64,000 bases of DNA from an uncultured Gammaproteobacteria bacterium. GTDB taxonomy: Bacteria > Patescibacteriota > Patescibacteriia > UBA11705 > JABHMO01. Positions within the stretch are counted from its first letter, which is position 1; every line of letters starts with the position of its first letter. The notes under the pieces were generated by a model. The model did not search any database, was not told where the DNA came from, and saw only the letters and a list, made by a program, of their open reading frames with translations. The translations under genes were made by a program, and so were the position numbers. The stretch lies in contig CAZPYM010000002.1 of the NCBI GenBank assembly GCA_964590105.1, positions 154,697 to 218,696 on the forward strand, given 5' to 3'. Positions 46,047-54,968 of the stretch are shown here, in pieces.

Positions 46047-46877
46047 CTAGAAACCGTGTTCTTTTAACCACGCCAGAACTTTTGGCGATTTTTCACTTTT
46101 TCCGCAGTCTGGCAAATCTCCGATGACTGCTTTTATTCCTGCGGCTTTAATGCAACCCTCAAGAATTTCACGCGGTACAGAACCTGTGCCTTGTGATGTA
46201 CCACTGAAGATTATTTTCCCATCTTCTTCGTGAGCATATCCACCTCCGATAATGGCGTCGTGACCCTTTCCATCCTTAAAAGATTTTGAAGCAAATTCGT
46301 CTTTTGTAAGTTCAATAGCATATTCCAAAATCGATGAATGACGAAATGCGTCCAGGATGAATAGTTTCACTTCATGCTCAGCAAAAGCCACGATAAATCT
46401 TTTCGCTGACCGTTCTTTGTGGTATCTATCCGTAAAATCAATAAAAGCTTTCTTTTTGAATACAATATCTCCTTTTCGTAATCTGTCTGCACTTTTTCTG
46501 ACCAAAGTTTTTCTTCTTAAAGATATTTCTTCTTTAATCAAGAAAAAGTGAATTTCCGTTAGTGGATCCTTGGATCCTAGAATCCTCATGTAGTCATCCG
46601 CTTTTCTCTCTGATTTTCCCCTTGATTTTTTCAGTTCAAGAAATTTATCAATTAATTTCTTTGTGGTCAATCTCGCAAAGCCAGTGTCAAAACCCCTTAG
46701 AAAGATGACCTCTTCCAGGAAGGCGGCTACTTCTTCTGTCGTTACTTCCGACAGATCTACTTCTTTTATGACTTTGATTAAGTCGTCCAAGGATAATTCC
46801 AGGACCGGGTCAGATACGTCCGGAATTTCTACTCCACGGCACCTGAGACTTGCGATCGTTTCAGATATAAATTTCAT
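46047..46877 (-). CDS. Hypothetical protein (276 aa).
   Basis: Long ORF. No family recognised. C-terminal GGGYAHEEDGKIIFSGTSQGTG Gly-rich loop. Confidence 0.45.
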   Translation of the reverse strand: MKFISETIASLRCRGVEIPDVSDPVLELSLDDLIKVIKEVDLSEVTTEEVAAFLEEVIFLRGFDTGFARLTTKKLIDKFLELKKSRGKSERKADDYMRILGSKDPLTEIHFFLIKEEISLRRKTLVRKSADRLRKGDIVFKKKAFIDFTDRYHKERSAKRFIVAFAEHEVKLFILDAFRHSSILEYAIELTKDEFASKSFKDGKGHDAIIGGGYAHEEDGKIIFSGTSQGTGSVPREILEGCIKAAGIKAVIGDLPDCGKSEKSPKVLAWLKEHGF

Positions 46878-47056
46878 AGTCGCTCCATGTCTTTTTGTTG
46901 TTAAGGATCAGATTTTTATCTTACAAGTGCATTATAACATTAAATTCTCAAATTGTCAATGATTGTGTCGTAATAATTTGACAACAATTTTTTACTTATT
47001 TATAATGTTTATATGGCTATATTTGTTTTTTTGTATAAAATATTTAACTTAATTCT

Positions 47057-47854
47057 ATGAATGATTTATTCTCAATACAAAGTTTATTAAAAGAATTCTC
47101 TTTTTCTGATTCTGAAGCAAGAATTTATTTGGCAATTTTATCTTTAGGCAAAGCTAAAGCAGCGGAAATTGCCATTAAGGCTGATTTAAATAGAACTGCA
47201 GTTTACTCAAGTTTGGAGGGATTAATACAGCGAGGTTTTGTAGCGAAGGTTGAAGTTAATAAAACTTTCCATTTTATGGCTGTTTCACCAACGGAGCTGG
47301 CTACGAAGTTCCAAAGTTTAACTGATGATTTTAAAACTGTTGTGCCTGAGCTAGAGGCTCTGAATAAAGTTGATCGTGAACGACCAATAGTAGAAATTAG
47401 CGAATCACAAATTGGTTATTATAAAGTTTACGAAGAAATTTCCAATTTGCCACAAGACGGTGTTTTTCGAGTGATAGAGGGAAAAGAATCATATTTGCAT
47501 GAGTTGGGGCTTTTGTCTGATCAACAGCTGAATAATTTTTTTAGCAAATTAATTCAAAAGAATATTAAGACGAAAGGGATTTTTACTCGTGAATCTTTGG
47601 GTATCCCTAATTTAAAATTAAATCAGGAAAACTTGGCGTTGGATAAGCAAAGAGATTGGGATATCAAGGTGTTGGATAAAGAAATTTTGCCTTTAGAAGA
47701 TTTAGCTTTGATTTATGGCAATAGAGTTTCATTTTTGTTTCCCAAGTTGTCATTAGTGGTGACTATTCGTCATCAGGCTTTAGTTGATATTTTAATCGCC
47801 ATGTTTGATTGTATTTTTTATTTTGCTGAGGCGGTTCCAGCTCCATGGAAATGA
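47057..47854 (+). CDS. TrmB-family transcriptional regulator.
   Basis: N-terminal wHTH SDSEARIYLAILSLGKAKAAEIAIKADLNRTAVYSSLEGLIQRGFV. Confidence 0.6.
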   Translation: MNDLFSIQSLLKEFSFSDSEARIYLAILSLGKAKAAEIAIKADLNRTAVYSSLEGLIQRGFVAKVEVNKTFHFMAVSPTELATKFQSLTDDFKTVVPELEALNKVDRERPIVEISESQIGYYKVYEEISNLPQDGVFRVIEGKESYLHELGLLSDQQLNNFFSKLIQKNIKTKGIFTRESLGIPNLKLNQENLALDKQRDWDIKVLDKEILPLEDLALIYGNRVSFLFPKLSLVVTIRHQALVDILIAMFDCIFYFAEAVPAPWK

Positions 47855-47901
47855 ACGTACCCAAAAACAAAGCCGGTGAGCTTTGTTTTTGGTTTGCGAA
47901 A

Positions 47902-48849
47902 CTATTGGCTAATTATCCTCCAGCTGTTTTCGGATTTTTTTAGTTTTCCTCTGATTGTAAAGCCGGCTGCTTTGGCATGTCCGCCGCCGCCAAATTTTTG
48001 CGCCAATTGAGAAACATCAATATTGTCTTTGATTGTGCGCAGGCTACATTTAATGAAGCCGTCTTCAGTCTCGCGGATAACAATAATTATGTTTGCTTCG
48101 TACAGAGTGGTTAAAAAATTAGCCATGCCCTCGAAAACTTCCGGCATGATGGCGTCTTCCTTGCTGATTATCGCGGAAACCACTTTATATTTCGAATTGA
48201 ATTGCAATTGCGAAAGGATTTTCCCCCAGACCCTGAGTGCTTCGGGGCTGTTTTTCTTCCAGGTGTTGCGAATTATTTGTTTGATATTCGCACCGTGCTG
48301 AAGTAGTTCCGAAGCCGCGGACATGGCGCTTTTGGTTGTGCCGGCATTGGTAAAGTAGGTGGTGTCGGTGATTATGCCAATGAGAAGACAGGTGCAGATT
48401 TGCTTGGTCAATGGAATGGAATTGTTTTTTAACAAACGATATACGATTTCCGCAGTGGCGCTCGCCGGTTCAACAATATTCAAATTGCCGTAATGCGGAT
48501 TTGTCTGATGATGATCAATGTTTATAATAGGTAGATAATCTTTTACTTCGATCAACTTTTCAGATAGTCCTGTTTGCGAGGTGTCGCCGCAATCCAGGCA
48601 AATCAGCAAATCAAAGTCGCGCAGATTAATGTTTTCGTTCTGATAAGTAAAGCGGGCGAGTTCTAAAAAATCGAGCATTTGTGGCACAGGATCAGGATAG
48701 TGTATTAGAACTTTTTTTTGCAGACTTTCAATATACAAAGCCAGCGCGCCGGCTGATCCCATTGTGTCGGCATCAGGATTGCGGTGGCAAAGAAGAAGTA
48801 TGTTTTTGCTTTGATTGATTTGAGAAAATAATTTTTCAGAATTGTTCAT
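47902..48849 (-). CDS. DHH/DHHA1 phosphoesterase (NrnA-like).
   Basis: LLCHRNPDADTMGS (DHH motif I-II), DHH, GGGHAKAAG (DHHA1). Confidence 0.8.
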   Translation of the reverse strand: MNNSEKLFSQINQSKNILLLCHRNPDADTMGSAGALALYIESLQKKVLIHYPDPVPQMLDFLELARFTYQNENINLRDFDLLICLDCGDTSQTGLSEKLIEVKDYLPIINIDHHQTNPHYGNLNIVEPASATAEIVYRLLKNNSIPLTKQICTCLLIGIITDTTYFTNAGTTKSAMSAASELLQHGANIKQIIRNTWKKNSPEALRVWGKILSQLQFNSKYKVVSAIISKEDAIMPEVFEGMANFLTTLYEANIIIVIRETEDGFIKCSLRTIKDNIDVSQLAQKFGGGGHAKAAGFTIRGKLKKSENSWRIISQ

Positions 48850-48854
48850 AAAAC

Positions 48855-49187
48855 TTAATTGTTCAGATCGTCCAGAGTTTGATAAATCTCGCTCGCGGTT
48901 TGTTCTGTGTCGTCCAGAACAAAGTTTAGCCTTGGCGTGAATTTGAGCTTGATTTTTTTGCCGAGAAGACCCTGAGTTTCGTGGCGGTTATTTACTAAAA
49001 ATTTTATTCCTTCCTCCGCCTTGCTAAAAGGCAGAACGCTGACAAACACTTTGGCTGTTTTTAGATCACTGCCACAGTCAAGTCTGGTGATTGTCAGGAA
49101 AAAATCAAAAGGCACTTCTAGGTTTTGAGAAATGATTTCTGCCAGCGCCTTTTGCAGCATGGAATTTACTTGGAGTATTCGGGACAT
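48855..49187 (-). CDS. rbfA: Ribosome-binding factor A.
   Basis: 110 aa. KH-like RbfA pattern (...TITRLDCGSDLKTAKVFVSVL...). Confidence 0.82.
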   Translation of the reverse strand: MSRILQVNSMLQKALAEIISQNLEVPFDFFLTITRLDCGSDLKTAKVFVSVLPFSKAEEGIKFLVNNRHETQGLLGKKIKLKFTPRLNFVLDDTEQTASEIYQTLDDLNN

Positions 49188-49195
49188 AAAAGGAA

Positions 49196-49216
49196 AACAA
49201 ATTACAAATTACAAAT
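49196..49216. repeat. TACAAAT heptamer tandem (acaaattacaaattacaaatg) 10 nt upstream of the rbfA start.
   Basis: Exact 15-mer shared with 21420-21434. Confidence 0.55.
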
Positions 49217-49331
49217 GCTCTATGTTCTATGATATATGAGTCAAGGTGTTATATTAGTTCATTATAGCAAACCTGTCAAGATTTAGAAGCGTGTTTTGTT
49301 TGGCGTAAAATAAGAGGAAGATTAATAATCA

Positions 49332-49360
49332 TTGACAAAAATATTTTTTAATGGTATGCT
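49332..49360 (+). promoter_or_regulatory. Sigma70-type promoter TTGACA-17-TATGCT.
   Basis: Consensus hexamers. SD CAAGGAGGTACACCATG at 49403. Confidence 0.55.
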
Positions 49361-49402
49361 CCCTCAGTTAGGGATTGTCCCTGTATTTCAAGGAGGTACA
49401 CC

Positions 49403-49900
49403 ATGAAGAAGGTTTATCTGTTTGTTTTCGCTCTGATACTGGTTGGTTTTTCTTCAGCTTCGGCCGGGGAGAACAAATCCTTTACCGGGTACATCCAGGT
49501 GGATGACAACTGGAAGGATGTGCGAATCCTCCGTAACGTGGCCTTCAGTCCCGACGGGACAAAGATGCGCGTTGTTGAGAGGGTGGAGACCATGCTGGTC
49601 GAATGGGTTCGTTCCGACATGGGGCGGTGGATCTTCCGGTCGGTAGTGGAGAACGGCGTCTGGTTCGACCAAATCGTGGTTGAGAAAGACAAGACTGTCT
49701 GGGCCGAGAAAATCGGCGATGGTGGCGACAAGATTTTCCGTTTCGAAGCAACGCGCGTGACGGAAGGCGTGGACAAATGCTACAACTACCGTTGCGGTGC
49801 GATCTACCAAGTCGAGGCAATTCCCTCGTCCTGCAAGTGGAATGGGCCGGGGGGGGGCTGTACGATTTCAGAAGATGACAAGAAGAGCCTTGTGAAGTAG
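49403..49900 (+). CDS. Secreted hypothetical protein (signal peptide, 4 Cys near the C-terminus). High-GC cassette gene.
   Basis: MKKVYLFVFALILVGFSSASA signal. C-terminal CYNYRCG...SCKWNGPGGGCT. GC visibly above the backbone. Confidence 0.5.
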   Translation: MKKVYLFVFALILVGFSSASAGENKSFTGYIQVDDNWKDVRILRNVAFSPDGTKMRVVERVETMLVEWVRSDMGRWIFRSVVENGVWFDQIVVEKDKTVWAEKIGDGGDKIFRFEATRVTEGVDKCYNYRCGAIYQVEAIPSSCKWNGPGGGCTISEDDKKSLVK

Positions 49901-49904
49901 TTTA

Positions 49905-49947
49905 CGACCAAGCAGGGTTGGCTCAATGAGCCGAGCCTGTTTTTTTA
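49905..49947 (+). terminator. Intrinsic terminator after the secreted-protein gene.
   Basis: ggctcaatgagcc / cagg...cctg hairpins plus T7. Confidence 0.55.
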
Positions 49948-49993
49948 ATATGAACGTTGAAAAATTTCTGCAAATGAATTATGCTGGAGAAGT

Positions 49994-51349
49994 ATGAAAA
50001 GTTTGCTTAAAAAATTTATTCCTAGGGCGGCATTGAATTTTTACCACAAATCACTGGCAATTTTGTCAGCGTTTGTTTATGGTTTTCCAAGCAACAAAAT
50101 GATTGTTGTCGGCGTTACCGGCACCAATGGAAAATCAACTACAGTTGCTTTGATCGCCAAGGTTTTGGAATCGGGCGGCGCAGGAGTGGGCGCGACTTCA
50201 ACGGTTGGTTTTAAAATTGCGGATAAAGAATGGCTGAACGATAAAAAAATGACAATGCTCGGCCGATTTCAGTTGCAAAAACTCTTGAAGAAAATGGCTC
50301 AAGCCGGATGCAAGTATGCTGTGCTTGAAGTTTCGTCAGAAGGGATTAAGCAGTATCGTCATTTGGGTATTAATTTTGATTATGCGGTTTTTACAAATTT
50401 AACGCCGGAGCACTTAGAGTCGCATGGCGGATTTGATAATTATAAGCGGGCGAAAGGGGAATTGTTTCAGCACTTAACAAAACGTAAAAAAATAATAAAA
50501 CAATCCCTCACCCCGTCCTCCGTCGTCACGCCGGATGACCCAGAAGTGAAAAAGACGGCTATTGTGAATATTGACGACAAGCACGCGGAATATTTTTTGA
50601 CATTTTCGGCGGATAAAAAAATTAAATTTTCCGTAAAAAATGAAAATGCAGATTTGATAGCGAAAAATATTCAGGTTTCAACGGCGGGTACGTCATTTGA
50701 AATTAACGATAAAAAAATAAATCTAAAACTAATCGGAGCTTTTAATGTTGAAAACGCTTTGCCGGCAATTGCGGTTGGAATTGAAGAGGGAATTGCTCTG
50801 GAAAAAATAAAACAAGGATTGGAATCTGTAAAAGTTGTTCCCGGGCGAATGGAAGCGATTGATGAAGGCCAGCCTTTCTCTGTGCTTGTTGATTATGCGC
50901 CGGAGCCGGCGTCGATGGGAAAGCTCTATGAAACGATAATTTTGATCAACCAATCAACCAATCAACCAATCAACCAAATTATCCACGTTCTTGGTTCATG
51001 CGGTGGCGGTCGGGACAAGGCGCGCCGGCCTGTTCTCGGCAAAATGGCAGGGAAAAATTCTGACATTGTAGTTGTCACAAACGAAGATCCGTATGATGAC
51101 GATCCAATGGAAATAATTGATCAGGTTGCGGCGGGGGCGCTTGAAGTCGGAAAAAAGCTAAATGAAAATTTATTTAAAATATTAGACCGCAAGCAGGCGA
51201 TTGAAAAAGCATTAAGCCTGGCAAAACAAGGTGATCTGGTTTTAGTTACCGGCAAAGGTTCTGAACAGCGCATGGCGGTGGCCGGTGGGAAATATGTGGA
51301 GTGGGATGATAGAAGTATAATTAGGGAAATTTTGTCAAGGGCAAATTAA
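49994..51349 (+). CDS. murE: Mur ligase, MurE-like UDP-N-acetylmuramoyl-tripeptide synthetase.
   Basis: VGVTGTNGKSTT P-loop, DYAPEP, LGSCGGGRD (FGcGGdRD-like). Contains an in-frame octanucleotide tandem repeat. Confidence 0.78.
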   Translation: MKSLLKKFIPRAALNFYHKSLAILSAFVYGFPSNKMIVVGVTGTNGKSTTVALIAKVLESGGAGVGATSTVGFKIADKEWLNDKKMTMLGRFQLQKLLKKMAQAGCKYAVLEVSSEGIKQYRHLGINFDYAVFTNLTPEHLESHGGFDNYKRAKGELFQHLTKRKKIIKQSLTPSSVVTPDDPEVKKTAIVNIDDKHAEYFLTFSADKKIKFSVKNENADLIAKNIQVSTAGTSFEINDKKINLKLIGAFNVENALPAIAVGIEEGIALEKIKQGLESVKVVPGRMEAIDEGQPFSVLVDYAPEPASMGKLYETIILINQSTNQPINQIIHVLGSCGGGRDKARRPVLGKMAGKNSDIVVVTNEDPYDDDPMEIIDQVAAGALEVGKKLNENLFKILDRKQAIEKALSLAKQGDLVLVTGKGSEQRMAVAGGKYVEWDDRSIIREILSRAN

Positions 51350-51599
51350 GGTAGGGGCGGCACGGTCTTGACTAATTTTACACAAGAACTTTTATCCACA
51401 CAAAAAGCTTGACAAGTGTGTGTATATTTGATAGTCTTTAGAAGACTAAGCTTCTATAACCCCTCGGGGAAACTTGACCTCGCGACCCATAGTCGGAGGA
51501 TCCGGTTTCATCAAAATAAATGTTAGAGGGATTTGCCAAACCAAACTCAAATTAATAATTACAACCCCGGCCCCATGCGGGAGGGGAAATATTTTATTT

Positions 51600-54500
51600 A
51601 TGTCAAAAAGCAACCTTGTCCGAAAGTGTTTTTCCAAATCATACGAGCTGGAAGTGCCTGATTTGATTGAGGTTCAAAAAAATTCATACAATTGGTTTTT
51701 AAAGGAAGGCCTAAATGAACTTTTGTCTGAACTTTCGCCAATCGTGGATATTTCCGACAAAGGGTTGGAATTGTTTTTCGAGGATTACTATTTGGATGAG
51801 CCAAAGTTTGACGAAAGCACTTGTAAAGAAAAAAATATTACTTACGAAGCGCCGCTACGGGTAAAAGTTAGATTGAGTAATACCAAGACCAAGAAAAAAG
51901 AAACGCAGGAAATATTTTTGGGTGATTTTCCGTTAATGACCGAGAGAGGAACGTTCATTATTAATGGTATTGAAAGAGTAATCGTATCGCAGATTATCCG
52001 TTCCGCCGGTGTTTTCTTCACTTCAAATTTTATCCGAGAAAAAAATAGAGTTTTTTATGGTGCGAAAATTATCCCAAATAGGGGCGCCTGGTTGGAATTT
52101 GAAACAGATGCCAATAATGTAATCTGGGTAAAGATCGATCGAAAAAGAAAAGTTTCAGCCACTGCTCTCTTGCGCGCTTTTGGTTTGGAAACCGACGAGC
52201 AACTGCTTAGTGCTTTTAGGGAAGTCGATAATCATCCGGATATTAAATACATCGAGGCTACTCTAGCCAAAGATGCTTCAAAAAATCAGGATGATGGATT
52301 AATAGAGGTTTATAAAAGGATTAGACCTGGCGACATGGCGACCGCTGACAATGCCAAGTCTCTTATTTTTGCCATGTTTTTTAATTTTGACCGTTATGAT
52401 TTTGGCAACGTGGGAAGATATAAACTGAACCAAAGATTTAATACTGAATATAAATTAGACGAGGAAAACCGGAAATTAAAAATGGAAGACGTGCTCAACG
52501 TAATCAAAGAAATCATTCGTTTAAATAACAGCCAGGAGTTGTCTGATGATATCGATCACCTGGGTAATCGAAGAATTCGCGCAATCGGTGAATTGATTCA
52601 AAATAAATTCCGCGTTGGTTTGGCTCGGATGGAGAGAATTGTGAAAGATAGAATGAGCACCATGGATCCGACGACGCTTACCCCTTCAAAATTAATAAAC
52701 GCGCGCCCGGTCATCGGCGTTGTCCGTGAATTTTTTATGTCTTCGCAGTTGTCGCAATTCATGGATCAGACCAATCCGTTGTCAGAGCTTGAACACAAAA
52801 GGAGAATCTCAGCCATGGGCCCCGGCGGTTTGTCGCGCGAAAGAGCTGGTTTCGAAGTGCGTGATGTGCATACTACTCACTATGGCAGAATTTGCCCGAT
52901 CGCCACGCCTGAAGGTCCGAATATCGGGCTGGTGGGGCATCTCGCGAGTTATGCCCTGGTCAATGAATATGGTTTTATTGAAACGCCTTATTTTCGGGTA
53001 AAACATAAGATATTAAAGGACATGAAAGATCCAGTTAGCGGGCAGGTTTTAAAAAAGGGAACAGAGGTTTTGGGCGGTGATCTGCAAAAGAGCGCTATTT
53101 CAGCTAATGAATTAAGAGATAATATTGAAAACTGGGTATCGAGCGACGTAGTTTATTTAAATGCTTTGAAAGAAGAAAAAACAATAACAACTTCATACAC
53201 GACTGATAGAGAAGAAAAAACTGGAATAATTTTAAAGGAAAAATTGGACGTTCGTTGTTTTGGAAAGCCAACGATTGAATCTGTTTACAAAATTGACTAC
53301 ATGGATGTGTCGTCAAACCAGATTGTGAGCGTGGCTACATCCCTGATCCCTTTTCTTGAACATGATGACGCGGTTCGCGCTCTTATGGGAACAAATATGC
53401 AACGTCAGGCAGTACCTTGCGTTAAACCAGAAGCGCCGATAGTAGGTACTGGTATGGAGGCGATTGCCGCTCGTGATTCCGGCCATTGCATTATTGCTGA
53501 TACTGAGGGCCAAATTGTCGCTTGCCAGGGAGATCGGATTGATTTTTTAACTAAAAAAGGAGAACTTAAAATATATCATTTGAATAAGTTTGTTTGTTCA
53601 AATGCTTCTACCAGCATTAATCAAAGACCAATCGTTCACGTGGGCGATAAGATAAAAAAGGGTGATGTTATGGCGGATGGCCCGGCTATTGACGGCGGTG
53701 AATTGGCGCTCGGCCAAAACGTTTTGGTGGCTTACATGGCTTGGGGCGGCTACAACTATGAGGATGCGATAATTGTTTCTGAGAATATGGTCAAGAATGA
53801 TCGTTATTCGTCAGTTCATATTGAAAATTATACTATTGATGTTCGCGATACAAAGTTGGGACCGGAAATGGTAACAGCAGACATTCCAAATATTTCAGAA
53901 GAAAAATTGAAAAATCTGGATGCTGAGGGCGTGGTCCGTGTCGGCGCCACAGTAAAGTCGGGTGACATTCTGGTCGGCAAGATTACGCCGAAAGGAGAAA
54001 CAGAATTGTCAGCTGAAGAAAAATTGCTAAAAGCAATTTTCGGCGAAAAAGCCAGAGATGTCCGCGATACTTCACTCCGCCTGGAACACGGAGAGCACGG
54101 AAAAGTTGTTGACATAAAAATCTTTTCGCAGGAAAACGGCGACAAACTGTCTCCCGGAGTGATTAAATCAATTCAGATTACAATTGCTAATTTGAGAAAA
54201 ATTCAAGTGGGAGATAAATTGGCCGGCCGTCATGGAAATAAAGGTGTGATTTCCAAGATTGTGCCAATCGAAGATATGCCATTTATGGATGACGGTACTC
54301 CGATTGATGTTATCTTAACGCCTCTTGGCATTGCTTCTCGTATGAACCTGGGTCAAGTCTTGGAAACGCATTTGGGTTTGGCGGCAAAGAAATTGGGCTA
54401 TCATGTAGCGACGCCGGTGTTAAATGGAATTTCAGAAAAAACCATTGCCGAGGAATTGGCTCGAGCTGGTTATTCAGTTGACGGAAAATTAACTTTATAT

Positions 54501-54941
54501 AACGGAAAAACAGGTGAGGCGTTTGAAAATCTGATTACGGTCGGCTACAACTATATCCTCAAATTGAATCATATGGTCGAGGACAAGATTCATCAACGTT
54601 CGATCGGTCCATATTCTCTTATTACCCAGCAGCCGCTCGGCGGCAAGGCTCAGTTCGGCGGCCAGCGTTTCGGTGAAATGGAAGTTTGGGCGCTCGAAGG
54701 ATATGGAGCTGCTCACATGCTGCAAGAAGTTTTGACCATTAAGTCAGACGATGTGCTCGGCAGGGCCAAAGCTTATGAATCAATTATCAAAGGCGAACCG
54801 ATTAAACGGCTGAATGTGCCGGAATCATTTAATGTTTTGATTAGAGAATTAAAAGGACTTTGTTTGGATGTGGAACTTTTGAAAGATGGTAAAAAGGTCA
54901 CTATTGACGATGTAGACGAAAAAGTAGAGAGCGATAAATAA
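51600..54941 (+). CDS. rpoB: DNA-directed RNA polymerase subunit beta.
   Basis: Start at the internal Met (MSKSNLVRKCFSKSYELEVPDLIEVQKNSYNWFL). Conserved beta motifs throughout (e.g. GDKLAGRHGNKGV). Confidence 0.97.
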   Translation: MSKSNLVRKCFSKSYELEVPDLIEVQKNSYNWFLKEGLNELLSELSPIVDISDKGLELFFEDYYLDEPKFDESTCKEKNITYEAPLRVKVRLSNTKTKKKETQEIFLGDFPLMTERGTFIINGIERVIVSQIIRSAGVFFTSNFIREKNRVFYGAKIIPNRGAWLEFETDANNVIWVKIDRKRKVSATALLRAFGLETDEQLLSAFREVDNHPDIKYIEATLAKDASKNQDDGLIEVYKRIRPGDMATADNAKSLIFAMFFNFDRYDFGNVGRYKLNQRFNTEYKLDEENRKLKMEDVLNVIKEIIRLNNSQELSDDIDHLGNRRIRAIGELIQNKFRVGLARMERIVKDRMSTMDPTTLTPSKLINARPVIGVVREFFMSSQLSQFMDQTNPLSELEHKRRISAMGPGGLSRERAGFEVRDVHTTHYGRICPIATPEGPNIGLVGHLASYALVNEYGFIETPYFRVKHKILKDMKDPVSGQVLKKGTEVLGGDLQKSAISANELRDNIENWVSSDVVYLNALKEEKTITTSYTTDREEKTGIILKEKLDVRCFGKPTIESVYKIDYMDVSSNQIVSVATSLIPFLEHDDAVRALMGTNMQRQAVPCVKPEAPIVGTGMEAIAARDSGHCIIADTEGQIVACQGDRIDFLTKKGELKIYHLNKFVCSNASTSINQRPIVHVGDKIKKGDVMADGPAIDGGELALGQNVLVAYMAWGGYNYEDAIIVSENMVKNDRYSSVHIENYTIDVRDTKLGPEMVTADIPNISEEKLKNLDAEGVVRVGATVKSGDILVGKITPKGETELSAEEKLLKAIFGEKARDVRDTSLRLEHGEHGKVVDIKIFSQENGDKLSPGVIKSIQITIANLRKIQVGDKLAGRHGNKGVISKIVPIEDMPFMDDGTPIDVILTPLGIASRMNLGQVLETHLGLAAKKLGYHVATPVLNGISEKTIAEELARAGYSVDGKLTLYNGKTGEAFENLITVGYNYILKLNHMVEDKIHQRSIGPYSLITQQPLGGKAQFGGQRFGEMEVWALEGYGAAHMLQEVLTIKSDDVLGRAKAYESIIKGEPIKRLNVPESFNVLIRELKGLCLDVELLKDGKKVTIDDVDEKVESDK

Positions 54942-54968
54942 TTACATTATTTAATAACAAAATAATTT

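Noticed and set aside
51394-51402. Perfect DnaA-box-like TTATCCACA upstream of rpoB, considered as a possible oriC marker.
   Set aside because: Single isolated box, no clustered boxes or AT-rich DUE, and no dnaA/dnaN nearby. Probably chance or a lone regulatory box.
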